This document shows, in pieces, positions 16,888 to 24,504 of a DNA stretch of 42,759 nt. The stretch is from a virus. Lineage: Duplodnaviria > Caudoviricetes. Positions within the stretch are counted from its first letter, which is position 1, and each line of letters opens with the position of its first letter. The notes below the pieces were generated by a model. It was not told where the DNA came from and made no database searches. It saw only the letters and a list, made by a program, of their open reading frames with translations. The translations under genes were made by a program, and so were the position numbers. Where the stretch lies: IMG/VR virus record IMGVR_UViG_3300024232_000024, positions 1-42,759 of that record. One strand, given 5' to 3'.

Positions 16888-17129
16888 CAGGCGGTAGCCG
16901 CGGCTGGTTCGGGTGCGGGCTCGGGCGGGGCGGGGCCGTCGTTGGGGGGTTTTTGCGCGGCCGGCAGGTTTGTGGCGAGGTGCTCGACGTCATCGCTGAG
17001 GTCGGCGATATCCTTGGTCATGGCGACGAGGGTTTTTTCCACCCGTCTCACCGCGGTGAGGATGTCGTCGTTGGTGGCCTCGGCGGGCTGGGGCTCGGGC
17101 TCGTAGCGGGGTGTGCTGCGCTTTGCCAT
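16887..17129 (-). CDS. hypothetical protein
   Basis: MAKRSTPRYEPEPQ...; AGGAG RBS before ATG 17129. Confidence 0.6.
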   Translation of the reverse strand: MAKRSTPRYEPEPQPAEATNDDILTAVRRVEKTLVAMTKDIADLSDDVEHLATNLPAAQKPPNDGPAPPEPAPEPAAATA

Positions 17130-17139
17130 GGGGTGGCTC

Positions 17140-17649
17140 CTAGTAGCCTGAGAGGGAGATGTTGCCGGCGGCGCCGCCACCGTAGACGGCACGGCGTGGA
17201 GCCTGTTGCGGGGGCGGGAGCCTGCCCCGGCGAAAGCCGGGGGGCTGGCGGTACTGCGGCATTGGCTGGCGAGGCGGCTGTTGTGGGTTCCAGGGCATTT
17301 GGCCGCCCATGCCCGAGAGGATGCCGGCCCAGTTTCCGGGGGGCATCTGGCCTTGCGGGGCTTGTCCCTGTCCCCATGGCGTTTGGCCCGGCTGCGGAGG
17401 TACGGCACCCGGATATTGGCCGGCGGCGGGATCGGCGTTGTAGGCCCGCATCTGGGCGAGCATGGCGAGGATATGCGGAGGGATGGGGCCTTGCGGCCCC
17501 CCTTGGCCGGGCGGCTGCTGACTGGCGATTCGTTGAGCCCATGAGGGTGCGGCCTGATAGGGCAAGCCTTGCGGCTGAGGTGGTGGCATGCCGGCGCCGC
17601 CCGCGCCGAACATCCCAGCCATACCGGGCATTCCCATCGATGTGACCAT
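17140..17649 (-). CDS. Pro/Gln/Gly/Met-rich low-complexity protein
   Basis: GAGGA RBS; first ORF after the long non-coding leader. Confidence 0.55.
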   Translation of the reverse strand: MVTSMGMPGMAGMFGAGGAGMPPPQPQGLPYQAAPSWAQRIASQQPPGQGGPQGPIPPHILAMLAQMRAYNADPAAGQYPGAVPPQPGQTPWGQGQAPQGQMPPGNWAGILSGMGGQMPWNPQQPPRQPMPQYRQPPGFRRGRLPPPQQAPRRAVYGGGAAGNISLSGY

Positions 17650-17890
17650 GTGATGATCCTCGGATGTGGGTCGCAGGGAAGCCGGGTCGGCTGTGCGGTC
17701 GGGCCCGGCTTGTCGGCTAGTGCGGGGCGGGGGGCCCTTGCTCGCGCCTATCCCTGCGGTTGGTGAATGCGTGAATGGCGGGCGTAACTTTGGCCGGCCC
17801 CCGTTCGCGGGGCCCCGCGTAACTCAACCGGGCGGCAGTCTCGTGTCCGGGTGTGCCGGGCGTAGCTCCGCGCGATTACGACTGCACAAC
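17650..17890 (-). promoter_or_regulatory. probable late-operon promoter/leader with structured RNA
   Basis: ~240 bp gap after the NusG-like gene block; nested inverted repeats CGCAGGGA/TCCCTGCG and AAGCCGGG/CCCGGCTT; palindrome CGCGGGGCCCCGCG. Confidence 0.45.
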
Positions 17891-18157
17891 TCAGGCGACG
17901 ATATGCCGGTTTGGCATGGCTGGCAATGGCAGGTCGAGAACGACCTTGAACAGCAGGACGGGGCGATCGCCGCGAAGCTCGACGCGGGGCTGCAGCGTGA
18001 AGCGGATGCCGACCGCGGTGAGCGCCTGCTGGAATGCCGCGAGCACGTCGGTCCCGCCTTCCTCGCGGCCCGCAACGTAATCGGCCTGCGACCAGACCTT
18101 GTGAGGCAGGGCGTCGCGCTCCAGTGCTCGAGCAACACGGTCGGTCTGCCGGCTCAT
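17891..18157 (-). CDS. hypothetical protein
   Basis: ATGA overlap with the NusG-like gene stop. Confidence 0.55.
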   Translation of the reverse strand: MSRQTDRVARALERDALPHKVWSQADYVAGREEGGTDVLAAFQQALTAVGIRFTLQPRVELRGDRPVLLFKVVLDLPLPAMPNRHIVA

Positions 18158-18642
18158 GCGACGGCTGCCTGATGGACGGGCTCGGACTTCCAGCGGCCGA
18201 GGCTGCCGAGGAACACGCGCAGCTCGCGGTCGCCGTTGAGGTGCGTCTCCGACATGACGATGGCGCCGCGCTCGTCGTCGAGCGAGAACAGCCGCTCGGC
18301 GAGGATCGCGTCCATGACCGGGATGGGGATCGTCAGCGGCTCGCCGGAGAGCGGTCGGCAGACCAGGCGGACCACCCCACGGACGTCGTTGATGCCCGCG
18401 GTCGTCTCGCCCAAAAACCGCAATGCGACGAAAATGTAGCCGGGGAAGTGCGGCCGGTCGCGCCAGACCACCCGCCAGTGGCCCTCAGAGCGTCGCTGGC
18501 GCGTCTGAACGCGGTCGAGAGGGTAGGAGGTCCAAAAACCCGCCCGACGCAGCCACGAGGCCGCCAGACCCTCCTGGCAGGGCACTGTCTGGATCGCGTG
18601 CCACCGAGGCCCATCGGCGAGGGGAATGCGCTCAGCCGCCAT
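18154..18642 (-). CDS. NusG/RfaH-like (NGN domain) transcription antiterminator
   Basis: WHAIQT.P.QE..AA..L...G...Y.P...PHFPGYIFV...GVVRLV; sits at the end of the early operon like lambda Q. Confidence 0.8.
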   Translation of the reverse strand: MAAERIPLADGPRWHAIQTVPCQEGLAASWLRRAGFWTSYPLDRVQTRQRRSEGHWRVVWRDRPHFPGYIFVALRFLGETTAGINDVRGVVRLVCRPLSGEPLTIPIPVMDAILAERLFSLDDERGAIVMSETHLNGDRELRVFLGSLGRWKSEPVHQAAVA

Positions 18643-18943
18643 CGGACGTCCCCCCATCCTCGAGATAGGCGTCCTCGAGATAAGCGGCGCGCATGTCGTT
18701 CCATGCGTCTCGCACAGACGTGTCCTCGAGTGCGTGCCCCTTCCGCCAGTTGTCGTCGTAGTATCCGCCATACGCGGCAGCCATCGTCTCGTTCGCCTCC
18801 CACGGCGCCACCCAGTGCGTGCCGCTGGCGTTGATGGCGGCGATGGCGGCGGCGGCCTGCCGCTTCAAGTCCTCATACGGGTTCGCCGCGTAATCGAGTG
18901 CCAGCGCCCGCGCTACCGTCTCAACGAGCTTGGGGTCCATCAC
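18632..18943 (-). CDS. hypothetical protein
   Basis: LVETVARALA...AAAAIAAI...EANETMAAA, a common phage early-gene pattern. Confidence 0.6.
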   Translation of the reverse strand: MMDPKLVETVARALALDYAANPYEDLKRQAAAAIAAINASGTHWVAPWEANETMAAAYGGYYDDNWRKGHALEDTSVRDAWNDMRAAYLEDAYLEDGGTSDGG

Positions 18944-19503
18944 GCCCTCCGCTTCAGCAGCTTCGTTGAAAGCAGATACGACGATATCGGAATGCTGTCC
19001 TCCTTGCCCGAAGGGGACGCAGGTGGTGCCGCTACCTCCGCTTGCTTTTCCGCCGAGCCACTTTCTTCCTGCGCCTGTGTAGTGCTCTGTATAGGACGAT
19101 TATTCTCTATTTGGCTTTGGTATGCATGAGGTTCGCTTAGCGGCCGCAATGCGAATGCATCGGGTCGTCCCTTTCTTTTCAACCACATAGACCGCGCGTT
19201 AGAACTTTTACTCTGTCGTTTCTGTCTGACAGCATCGAAGGTTTCGAGCAGTTTCGCCTGAGTGAAACGCCCACCCGCAATGGTGGTCATGAACCGCATA
19301 ATGGTGGGCTGCACCCGTCGCCATTGTCCTGGTGTGAGCCCAACAGTGCGGGCGATGAATTTGTCATCCAGCGGCAACGTCCCGCCAGATCGCCACATCG
19401 CGCCGAGCAGCAGCAAATACGCACCATGCTCGACCGTGGTCAGGTGCCTCGTGTCGCCGAGATAGGCGTCCCAGTACATGGGCATGTATGGCAGCTCAGC
19501 CAT
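18940..19503 (-). CDS. DUF1376/YdaU-family replication protein
   Basis: LPYMPMYWDAYLGDTRHLTTVEHGAYLLLL..MW..GG.LP.DD..IAR. Confidence 0.85.
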   Translation of the reverse strand: MAELPYMPMYWDAYLGDTRHLTTVEHGAYLLLLGAMWRSGGTLPLDDKFIARTVGLTPGQWRRVQPTIMRFMTTIAGGRFTQAKLLETFDAVRQKRQSKSSNARSMWLKRKGRPDAFALRPLSEPHAYQSQIENNRPIQSTTQAQEESGSAEKQAEVAAPPASPSGKEDSIPISSYLLSTKLLKRRA

Positions 19504-19744
19504 GACTGCCCCCCCTTACCTCATTTGCTTGACGCCGCGCCTCACGGCCCTGCACTACCGCCCGCAGCGCATCCCGCTCGTGCAGCCCCAGCGCCGCCGC
19601 TATGTCCACCGTGTCCATCCCGTGCCGCCACAGCCAGTCCGCCTCCGACACCGCCCGCAGCCAACTCTCGGGCGTCCGCCGCGTCGGGCGAGGCCGCCGC
19701 CACAGCACCGCCGGATCCGGCCACCGGTTCGGGTGCCGGCTCAT
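19496..19744 (-). CDS. hypothetical protein (HTH-like)
   Basis: LWRHGMDTVDIAAALGLHE. Confidence 0.55.
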   Translation of the reverse strand: MSRHPNRWPDPAVLWRRPRPTRRTPESWLRAVSEADWLWRHGMDTVDIAAALGLHERDALRAVVQGREARRQANEVRGGSHG

Positions 19745-20136
19745 GCGGACAGCATGTGCTTGACGACGTCCGCAACGCTGTCCGGCCGTAGCGCGCCCCA
19801 GGACGCGAGAACCGCCTTCGCCTCCTCCGGTGAGCGAGCAGTGGCGTATGGCACCTCAGCTGCCGCCGCCGCGTCAGCAAAGGCCTTCTGCTCCGCCGAG
19901 TGCCGACCCGTCCGCGTCTTCAGCTCGAGCGCGTGCGCCTGGCCGCGAACAATGACGATAAAATCAGATGCCCCCGGGATCATCCCCTGTCGCTTCAGGG
20001 ATGCGCCCTCACGCTTGCTCCGCTTGCCCTCGTTCGCAGGATGCAAAAATAGTACGTCGCGCCGTCCGCAGTAGTGCAGCAGGTCGGCGACATAGATCTG
20101 CAGATCCCGCTCCGTCAGCCGCCGCGGGTCGCTCAT
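19741..20136 (-). CDS. VRR-NUC domain nuclease
   Basis: TERDLQ...HPANEG...GMIPGASD...LELK...GRHSAEQKAF (PD-D/ExK). Confidence 0.85.
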   Translation of the reverse strand: MSDPRRLTERDLQIYVADLLHYCGRRDVLFLHPANEGKRSKREGASLKRQGMIPGASDFIVIVRGQAHALELKTRTGRHSAEQKAFADAAAAAEVPYATARSPEEAKAVLASWGALRPDSVADVVKHMLSA

Positions 20137-21884
20137 GTCGGGGCCTTCGCCAGATATCGAAACTCAGCCGGCGGTCCCTCCGTCTCTTCCGGAATCGGCG
20201 CATCAAACGGCAGCTCGAGCAAACGCTTTCCAAGCAGGTTCGTCTTGAAATAGACTTTCACCCCCGCCTCACGCGCCTGTCCCACCAGGTCAATCACCCA
20301 ATCCATCGGCGGCTTCCATTCCGGCGTCTCCGACGACCGGCTGGCACCACCGATGACCATCCAGTTGAAGCGCTCCAGATGCTTGAACTTTAACGGTTCG
20401 AGCATTGGCTCGACGGACAGCCAGCGCACCCCCGCTTTGATTTTCTCGAATGCCGCTTCGGCGTTAGGCACCCGCGCTTGCAGGTCGACAGTGGTCCCCA
20501 TCCAAGCATTCGCAGGAATATCGAATTCCGCCATCCGCTTCGGAAACTTGGTCAGGCACAGGAAATTCCATTGTGGCGCCGCACGGATCTCGCGCAGCAC
20601 CGTCTCGATCCATTCCTTGGGCACCCAGCGCCCGAACAGATCAGCCATCGAGCACGTGAAAACATTCCGAAACCGGGTGTCCGTCTCCGCTTCCTTCGGT
20701 ACCTTCATCGACCGCGGCGCAAGCACCGTCAGCGGGCGGAAAGCCGGCTCAAAACGATGCGGATAAACCTTCGCCATCTTGGGATCGTTGGCGATGTCGC
20801 GGGCGTAGCAATACGGACAATTGTGCTCGCACCCCGTGACCGGGTTCCAAGACCATTGAGCCCACTCGATCGCATCGTTTTCCTGCTTATTGAATTTGCC
20901 AGCGTCGCCATCATCTCCAGTGAGAGAGATCAAATGGGCGCGTTCGTCGGACTCAAGGGTCTTGTATTCCGTCAAGGACACATTGCGACGGAGCCGTAGC
21001 GTGCGAGCGACGATCTCCTCTTCGCGCTTTGTCCGCACCAGATCGGCTTGCTGCCGCTGTTGCTTCAGCATCTGTTGTTCGTTGAAGACTTCAAGACAAA
21101 CTGCTTGCGCTGCCGAAACTGTACCGGGCTTTTTGGCTTCCAGCCGCTTATAGAGCTCACCAATTAAGCGCGCAGCATCCTCCCCATTGGTAATAGTGTC
21201 TGCCATCTTGGGAACAATGGTCAAAAACTGCCGGTAATCGCCAAGCTTCATCGTCTCGCTCACGATGGCGGTGGCGAGCGTCTCGTGGTCCGCCCATTCC
21301 GGCGGCTCAACGATGTCCTTGACGCGCTGCGCCGCCTTGCGGGCCGTCTCAACAGTCCAGTCGTCAGCAATCAGGCGCGCCACCAGCGAGGGCCACAGCC
21401 AGGGCGGCGCTGCATGGATCACTGAAAGTTGCTGCCATCGATCCGCAAAATCCTTTGGCGGATATCCGCCAAGCGAGGCGACCTTGGCTGCGCAAACGCG
21501 ATCCGTTAACGTCCTGCGCACCATCCCCGTTGCGTCCGCATAGGCTTGCTGCGTCATCCCGCTGCCGATCGCATGCAGCCCGACCTCGAGCGGCGACAGT
21601 TCGCCCTGCGCATTGTTCAGCACCAGTGCCATGTAGGCGTCCGCGTCCGACATCTCGCGCACCCAGCACGGAACCGTCGCAAGACCCGCCTTTTGCGCTG
21701 CCAAGAAACGGTGATGCCCGCTGATGATCTCGAACCCCGCCGCATTCGGGCGGACGATCAGCGCGTGCGCCTCGTCGAGCGAGCCAGCGAGCTGCACCGC
21801 GATCTGATCGACGATGTCCGCCCGCGGGGAAAGCCGCGGATTGTTCGGATGCGGATGCAATTGGGATAACGCAATCTGCTTCAC
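20133..21884 (-). CDS. ParB/Srx-domain + HTH fused to DUF5131 (Gp37/Gp68) radical-SAM-like domain
   Basis: N-term HPHPNNPR...IISGHHRFLAA...LSPLE; C-term IEWAQWSWNPVTGCEHNCPYCYA, VFTCSMADLF, LTKFP.R, W.GTTV, WLSVEPMLE, WMVIGGAS. Confidence 0.85.
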   Translation of the reverse strand: MKQIALSQLHPHPNNPRLSPRADIVDQIAVQLAGSLDEAHALIVRPNAAGFEIISGHHRFLAAQKAGLATVPCWVREMSDADAYMALVLNNAQGELSPLEVGLHAIGSGMTQQAYADATGMVRRTLTDRVCAAKVASLGGYPPKDFADRWQQLSVIHAAPPWLWPSLVARLIADDWTVETARKAAQRVKDIVEPPEWADHETLATAIVSETMKLGDYRQFLTIVPKMADTITNGEDAARLIGELYKRLEAKKPGTVSAAQAVCLEVFNEQQMLKQQRQQADLVRTKREEEIVARTLRLRRNVSLTEYKTLESDERAHLISLTGDDGDAGKFNKQENDAIEWAQWSWNPVTGCEHNCPYCYARDIANDPKMAKVYPHRFEPAFRPLTVLAPRSMKVPKEAETDTRFRNVFTCSMADLFGRWVPKEWIETVLREIRAAPQWNFLCLTKFPKRMAEFDIPANAWMGTTVDLQARVPNAEAAFEKIKAGVRWLSVEPMLEPLKFKHLERFNWMVIGGASRSSETPEWKPPMDWVIDLVGQAREAGVKVYFKTNLLGKRLLELPFDAPIPEETEGPPAEFRYLAKAPT

Positions 21885-22621
21885 GAGATGACCTCGAATG
21901 GTTTGCGCCTGGCGCTGTCGCTCAGGTGATGGCTCAGCACGGCAATGCGGTAATGAAACCCATTGCTGGCTCGAATGAGCGGCGTCATGGCCTCTCGCGG
22001 ACGCTGGAGAGCTTCACGAAACCATCCAGGCTCGATCATCTCCGCATAGCGCTCTCGCGACGTTCGCCACTTCGGACTGACCGTTGCCGCCATCCGGCGA
22101 ATGCCGCCGTCGTTGACCACCACGATGAAATCAGACGGAAGAAGATCCGCAACGGCACGCATATGCGCCACACCCTGACCCGCCGGCCCGCACGGATCGC
22201 TGAGCCACAACGCAAAAGCATGATCTCGGCGAATACACAGCGGAGCTAGGGCATGATCCTTGAGGACCGGCACCTGCGGAAACCTGCGCGCCAGCACATC
22301 GCGTTTCGCGGGGATCTTCTCGCAAAGCACTACATCGACATTGCCTAAGCTCTCGCCGAGCTGAACTACCAATTCCGCCGTGGAAACGGATAGGTTCTCG
22401 CCGAATAGATCGCCCTGGAGCTGCTTAACTCCGAAGCCATCGCCGGCATTGCCATCGATGAGAAGAATGCGCCCGGTTGGATGCTTGACACGAAACGCCG
22501 CTACCTGACCGCTCGTCACCCGTCGCAGAAGCTCGTGCTTCTTCCACGAGGCGTCGCTCTTCCCGGCGCCCTCGCGGCTCCGGTCCCGCCGCTTGCCCTC
22601 CGAGGACATCGCAGCGGTCAT
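21881..22621 (-). CDS. TcmP-like (three-Cys-motif partner) SAM-dependent methyltransferase
   Basis: SWKKHELLRR...LLIDGNAGDG (motif I variant)...VLCEK...WLSDPCG...SDFIVVV; adjacent to DUF5131 as expected for TcmP. Confidence 0.65.
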   Translation of the reverse strand: MTAAMSSEGKRRDRSREGAGKSDASWKKHELLRRVTSGQVAAFRVKHPTGRILLIDGNAGDGFGVKQLQGDLFGENLSVSTAELVVQLGESLGNVDVVLCEKIPAKRDVLARRFPQVPVLKDHALAPLCIRRDHAFALWLSDPCGPAGQGVAHMRAVADLLPSDFIVVVNDGGIRRMAATVSPKWRTSRERYAEMIEPGWFREALQRPREAMTPLIRASNGFHYRIAVLSHHLSDSARRKPFEVIS

Positions 22622-22833
22622 CCCGCGTCCTCGGCCCTCGACGATGCCGGCAAAAGTTCGTCAGCCGTCACGTCGTGATTGGTCGCCTCGACAATCTTGC
22701 GGATCATTGGGAAATCGCGCGTTCCCTTCAGCGCGATTTGCGAAATACGCCCCTGCGTCACGCCGACTTTTTCGCCGAGCGCGCTTTGGGTCATTTTGTT
22801 GCCGGGCTTCTTGAACCAGTCGGAAAGTAGCAT
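22618..22833 (-). CDS. cro: Cro-like HTH repressor
   Basis: MTQSALGEKVGVTQGRISQI...IVEATNHDVTADEL; divergent from the cI-like gene. Confidence 0.85.
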   Translation of the reverse strand: MLLSDWFKKPGNKMTQSALGEKVGVTQGRISQIALKGTRDFPMIRKIVEATNHDVTADELLPASSRAEDAG

Positions 22834-22839
22834 CCCCGT

Positions 22840-22868
22840 AAAATAGCCGTACTAATGGGCGTGGTCAA
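22840..22868 (-). promoter_or_regulatory. leftward early promoter (PR analogue), probably leaderless cro mRNA
   Basis: TTGACC-17bp-TATTTT on the minus strand, ending 6 nt before the cro ATG. Confidence 0.65.
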
Positions 22869-22903
22869 TAGGCCCATTAATGGGCTAACATAGACGACCT
22901 ATG
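22842..22903. promoter_or_regulatory. three repressor operators (OR-like)
   Basis: AATAG-CCGTA-CTAAT (22842), AATAG-GCCCA-TTAAT (22867), CATAG-ACGAC-CTATG (22889). Confidence 0.75.
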
Positions 22904-23263
22904 CTCCAAAGTCCGACGATCCGGCCCATGAAGCCGGCAAAAGTCCGACCCATCCCGAAGCGCCTCCACGCTAAACTTTTCTTGAAGGAGTGGCGGCTGC
23001 ATAGAGGTTATTCGCAAGAGCAGCTCGCTGAGATGATCGGTGTTACACAGGGCCAGATATCTCAGCTTGAGCGCGGCTTGATTAACTATACGCAGCCCAT
23101 GCTGGAAGCTCTGGCAGAAGCTCTGAGCTGCGACCCCGCCGACCTCCTGGTTCGCAATCCAGCCGACCCATCCGGCATCTGGTCGATCTGGGACACCCTC
23201 GACCCGCCCGAGAAACTGCAGGCGGTCGAAGTCCTGAAAGCTCTCAAGCGCACAGCCCGCTAA
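22901..23263 (+). CDS. cI: CI-like XRE-family repressor (no S24 peptidase domain)
   Basis: LKEWRLHRGYSQEQLAEMIGVTQGQISQLERG...LEALAEAL; alternative start at 22928. Confidence 0.85.
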   Translation: MLQSPTIRPMKPAKVRPIPKRLHAKLFLKEWRLHRGYSQEQLAEMIGVTQGQISQLERGLINYTQPMLEALAEALSCDPADLLVRNPADPSGIWSIWDTLDPPEKLQAVEVLKALKRTAR

Positions 23264-23280
23264 AGCCGCGACGCCGCGAT

Positions 23281-23332
23281 AATAGGCTCGCTAATTATTT
23301 CGCTTGACGGGCACCAATAGCACGTCTAATAT
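23281..23332 (+). promoter_or_regulatory. rightward early promoter (PL analogue) with two operators
   Basis: TTGACG(23304)-17bp-TAATAT(23327); operators AATAG-GCTCG-CTAAT (23281) and AATAG-CACGT-CTAAT (23316). Confidence 0.8.
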
Positions 23333-23383
23333 CTGCTCATCGAAGCGGCCATCCCGGCGCGCCTCGCAAAGGAAAGAACCTCA

Positions 23384-23530
23384 ATGCGCCTGACACTCGC
23401 CGCCCTGGCTCTGCTCGCCGGCATCGCCACCGCTTCCGCCGGCGTCACCTGCACGACCTACGGCAACCAGACCCACTGCACCGACGACACGCACTGCTAC
23501 CGCGTCGGCGCTCGCACCTACTGCAACTAA
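23384..23530 (+). CDS. small secreted four-cysteine peptide (48 aa)
   Basis: Manual translation MRLTLAALALLAGIATASA-GVTCTTYGNQTHCTDDTHCYRVGARTYCN; AAAGGA RBS. Confidence 0.7.
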   Translation: MRLTLAALALLAGIATASAGVTCTTYGNQTHCTDDTHCYRVGARTYCN

Positions 23531-23537
23531 CCCAACG

Positions 23538-23559
23538 CCGGCCCTCACGGGGGCCGGCA
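23538..23559 (+). terminator. GC hairpin after the first PL gene
   Basis: GCCGGCCCTC-AC-GGGGGCCGGC; weak U-tract. Confidence 0.4.
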
Positions 23560-23579
23560 TTCCACCACGGGGCAAGACC

Positions 23580-23891
23580 ATGAGCTACGACCACTGGAAA
23601 ACCACCGAGCCCGAGAGCGGTTACGACCCGCCGGAAGAAAGCCTGGAGGACGCTAACGATCGCGTCTGCGCCCAATACGAAGCCCGCCTAGCCCTGCTCC
23701 AGCGGACGGCGCGCGAGATCGACGCCACGAGCAAACGCTACGAGGCGGCGCTGCGCAAGATCGCAGCGTGGAAGGGATACGAAGCCGCGCCGACTTGGTT
23801 CGAGAGCGACGTCCCGTTCACCGAATACGAAACCGGCGCCAACGACATGCTCGAGACGCTCGCCAGCTTCGCACGCGAGGCGCTGCGATGA
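23580..23891 (+). CDS. hypothetical protein
   Basis: MSYDHWKTTEP...YEAALRKIA phage early-gene pattern. Confidence 0.65.
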   Translation: MSYDHWKTTEPESGYDPPEESLEDANDRVCAQYEARLALLQRTAREIDATSKRYEAALRKIAAWKGYEAAPTWFESDVPFTEYETGANDMLETLASFAREALR

Positions 23892-24217
23892 GCCCGTTGG
23901 TCATCCCCAACACCTTGCCGGAATACGCCCAGGGCTATCTGCGCCTGCTCGACGAGGCCGTCAGCAAGACCGTCCGCGATGCCACCGTCACACCCGACAG
24001 CTACAGAAACGCTGCAGAGATGTACCGCCGGACCGGCGAGGCATGGCGGGCCACCGAGGCCGACGATATCGCCGACACGATCGAGCGAGACCCAAGGATC
24101 CATGTCGCTTCCATCATGAGGGCGCAAGCCACGGACGGAACCGCCAAGCACATGCTCTTCGTTTATTTGAGCTTGCTCGAAGAGCAGGTGCTCCGCGCCA
24201 AGAAGAGGGCCGCATGA
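23888..24217 (+). CDS. hypothetical protein
   Basis: MSPLVIPNTL...; ATGA overlaps on both sides. Confidence 0.6.
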   Translation: MSPLVIPNTLPEYAQGYLRLLDEAVSKTVRDATVTPDSYRNAAEMYRRTGEAWRATEADDIADTIERDPRIHVASIMRAQATDGTAKHMLFVYLSLLEEQVLRAKKRAA

Positions 24218-24504
24218 CCACGCCCATCCCGCTGCGCGACGCCCTCAAGGCGTCCGTCGACCATCCCGACGAGATCGAGCTCGCCGGCATGCTCATGGAT
24301 CACGCCACCGCACTGCGCACCTGCGGCGAACGCATCCGGCAGTCCGCCATTCGCGGCGACAGCCAGCACGAGCGTGACCAGCGCACCTTCATGGTCGCCG
24401 ATGCGCTCTCGGTCCTGCGCGACGCCGAACAGGCCGTGCGCGCCTACACCGCCGGCCAGGGCTACCGCATCACCAAGCTCGACCCGCGCTGGACGGCACG
24501 CTGA
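24214..24504 (+). CDS. hypothetical protein
   Basis: MTTPIPLRDALKAS...; ATGA overlap. Confidence 0.6.
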   Translation: MTTPIPLRDALKASVDHPDEIELAGMLMDHATALRTCGERIRQSAIRGDSQHERDQRTFMVADALSVLRDAEQAVRAYTAGQGYRITKLDPRWTAR

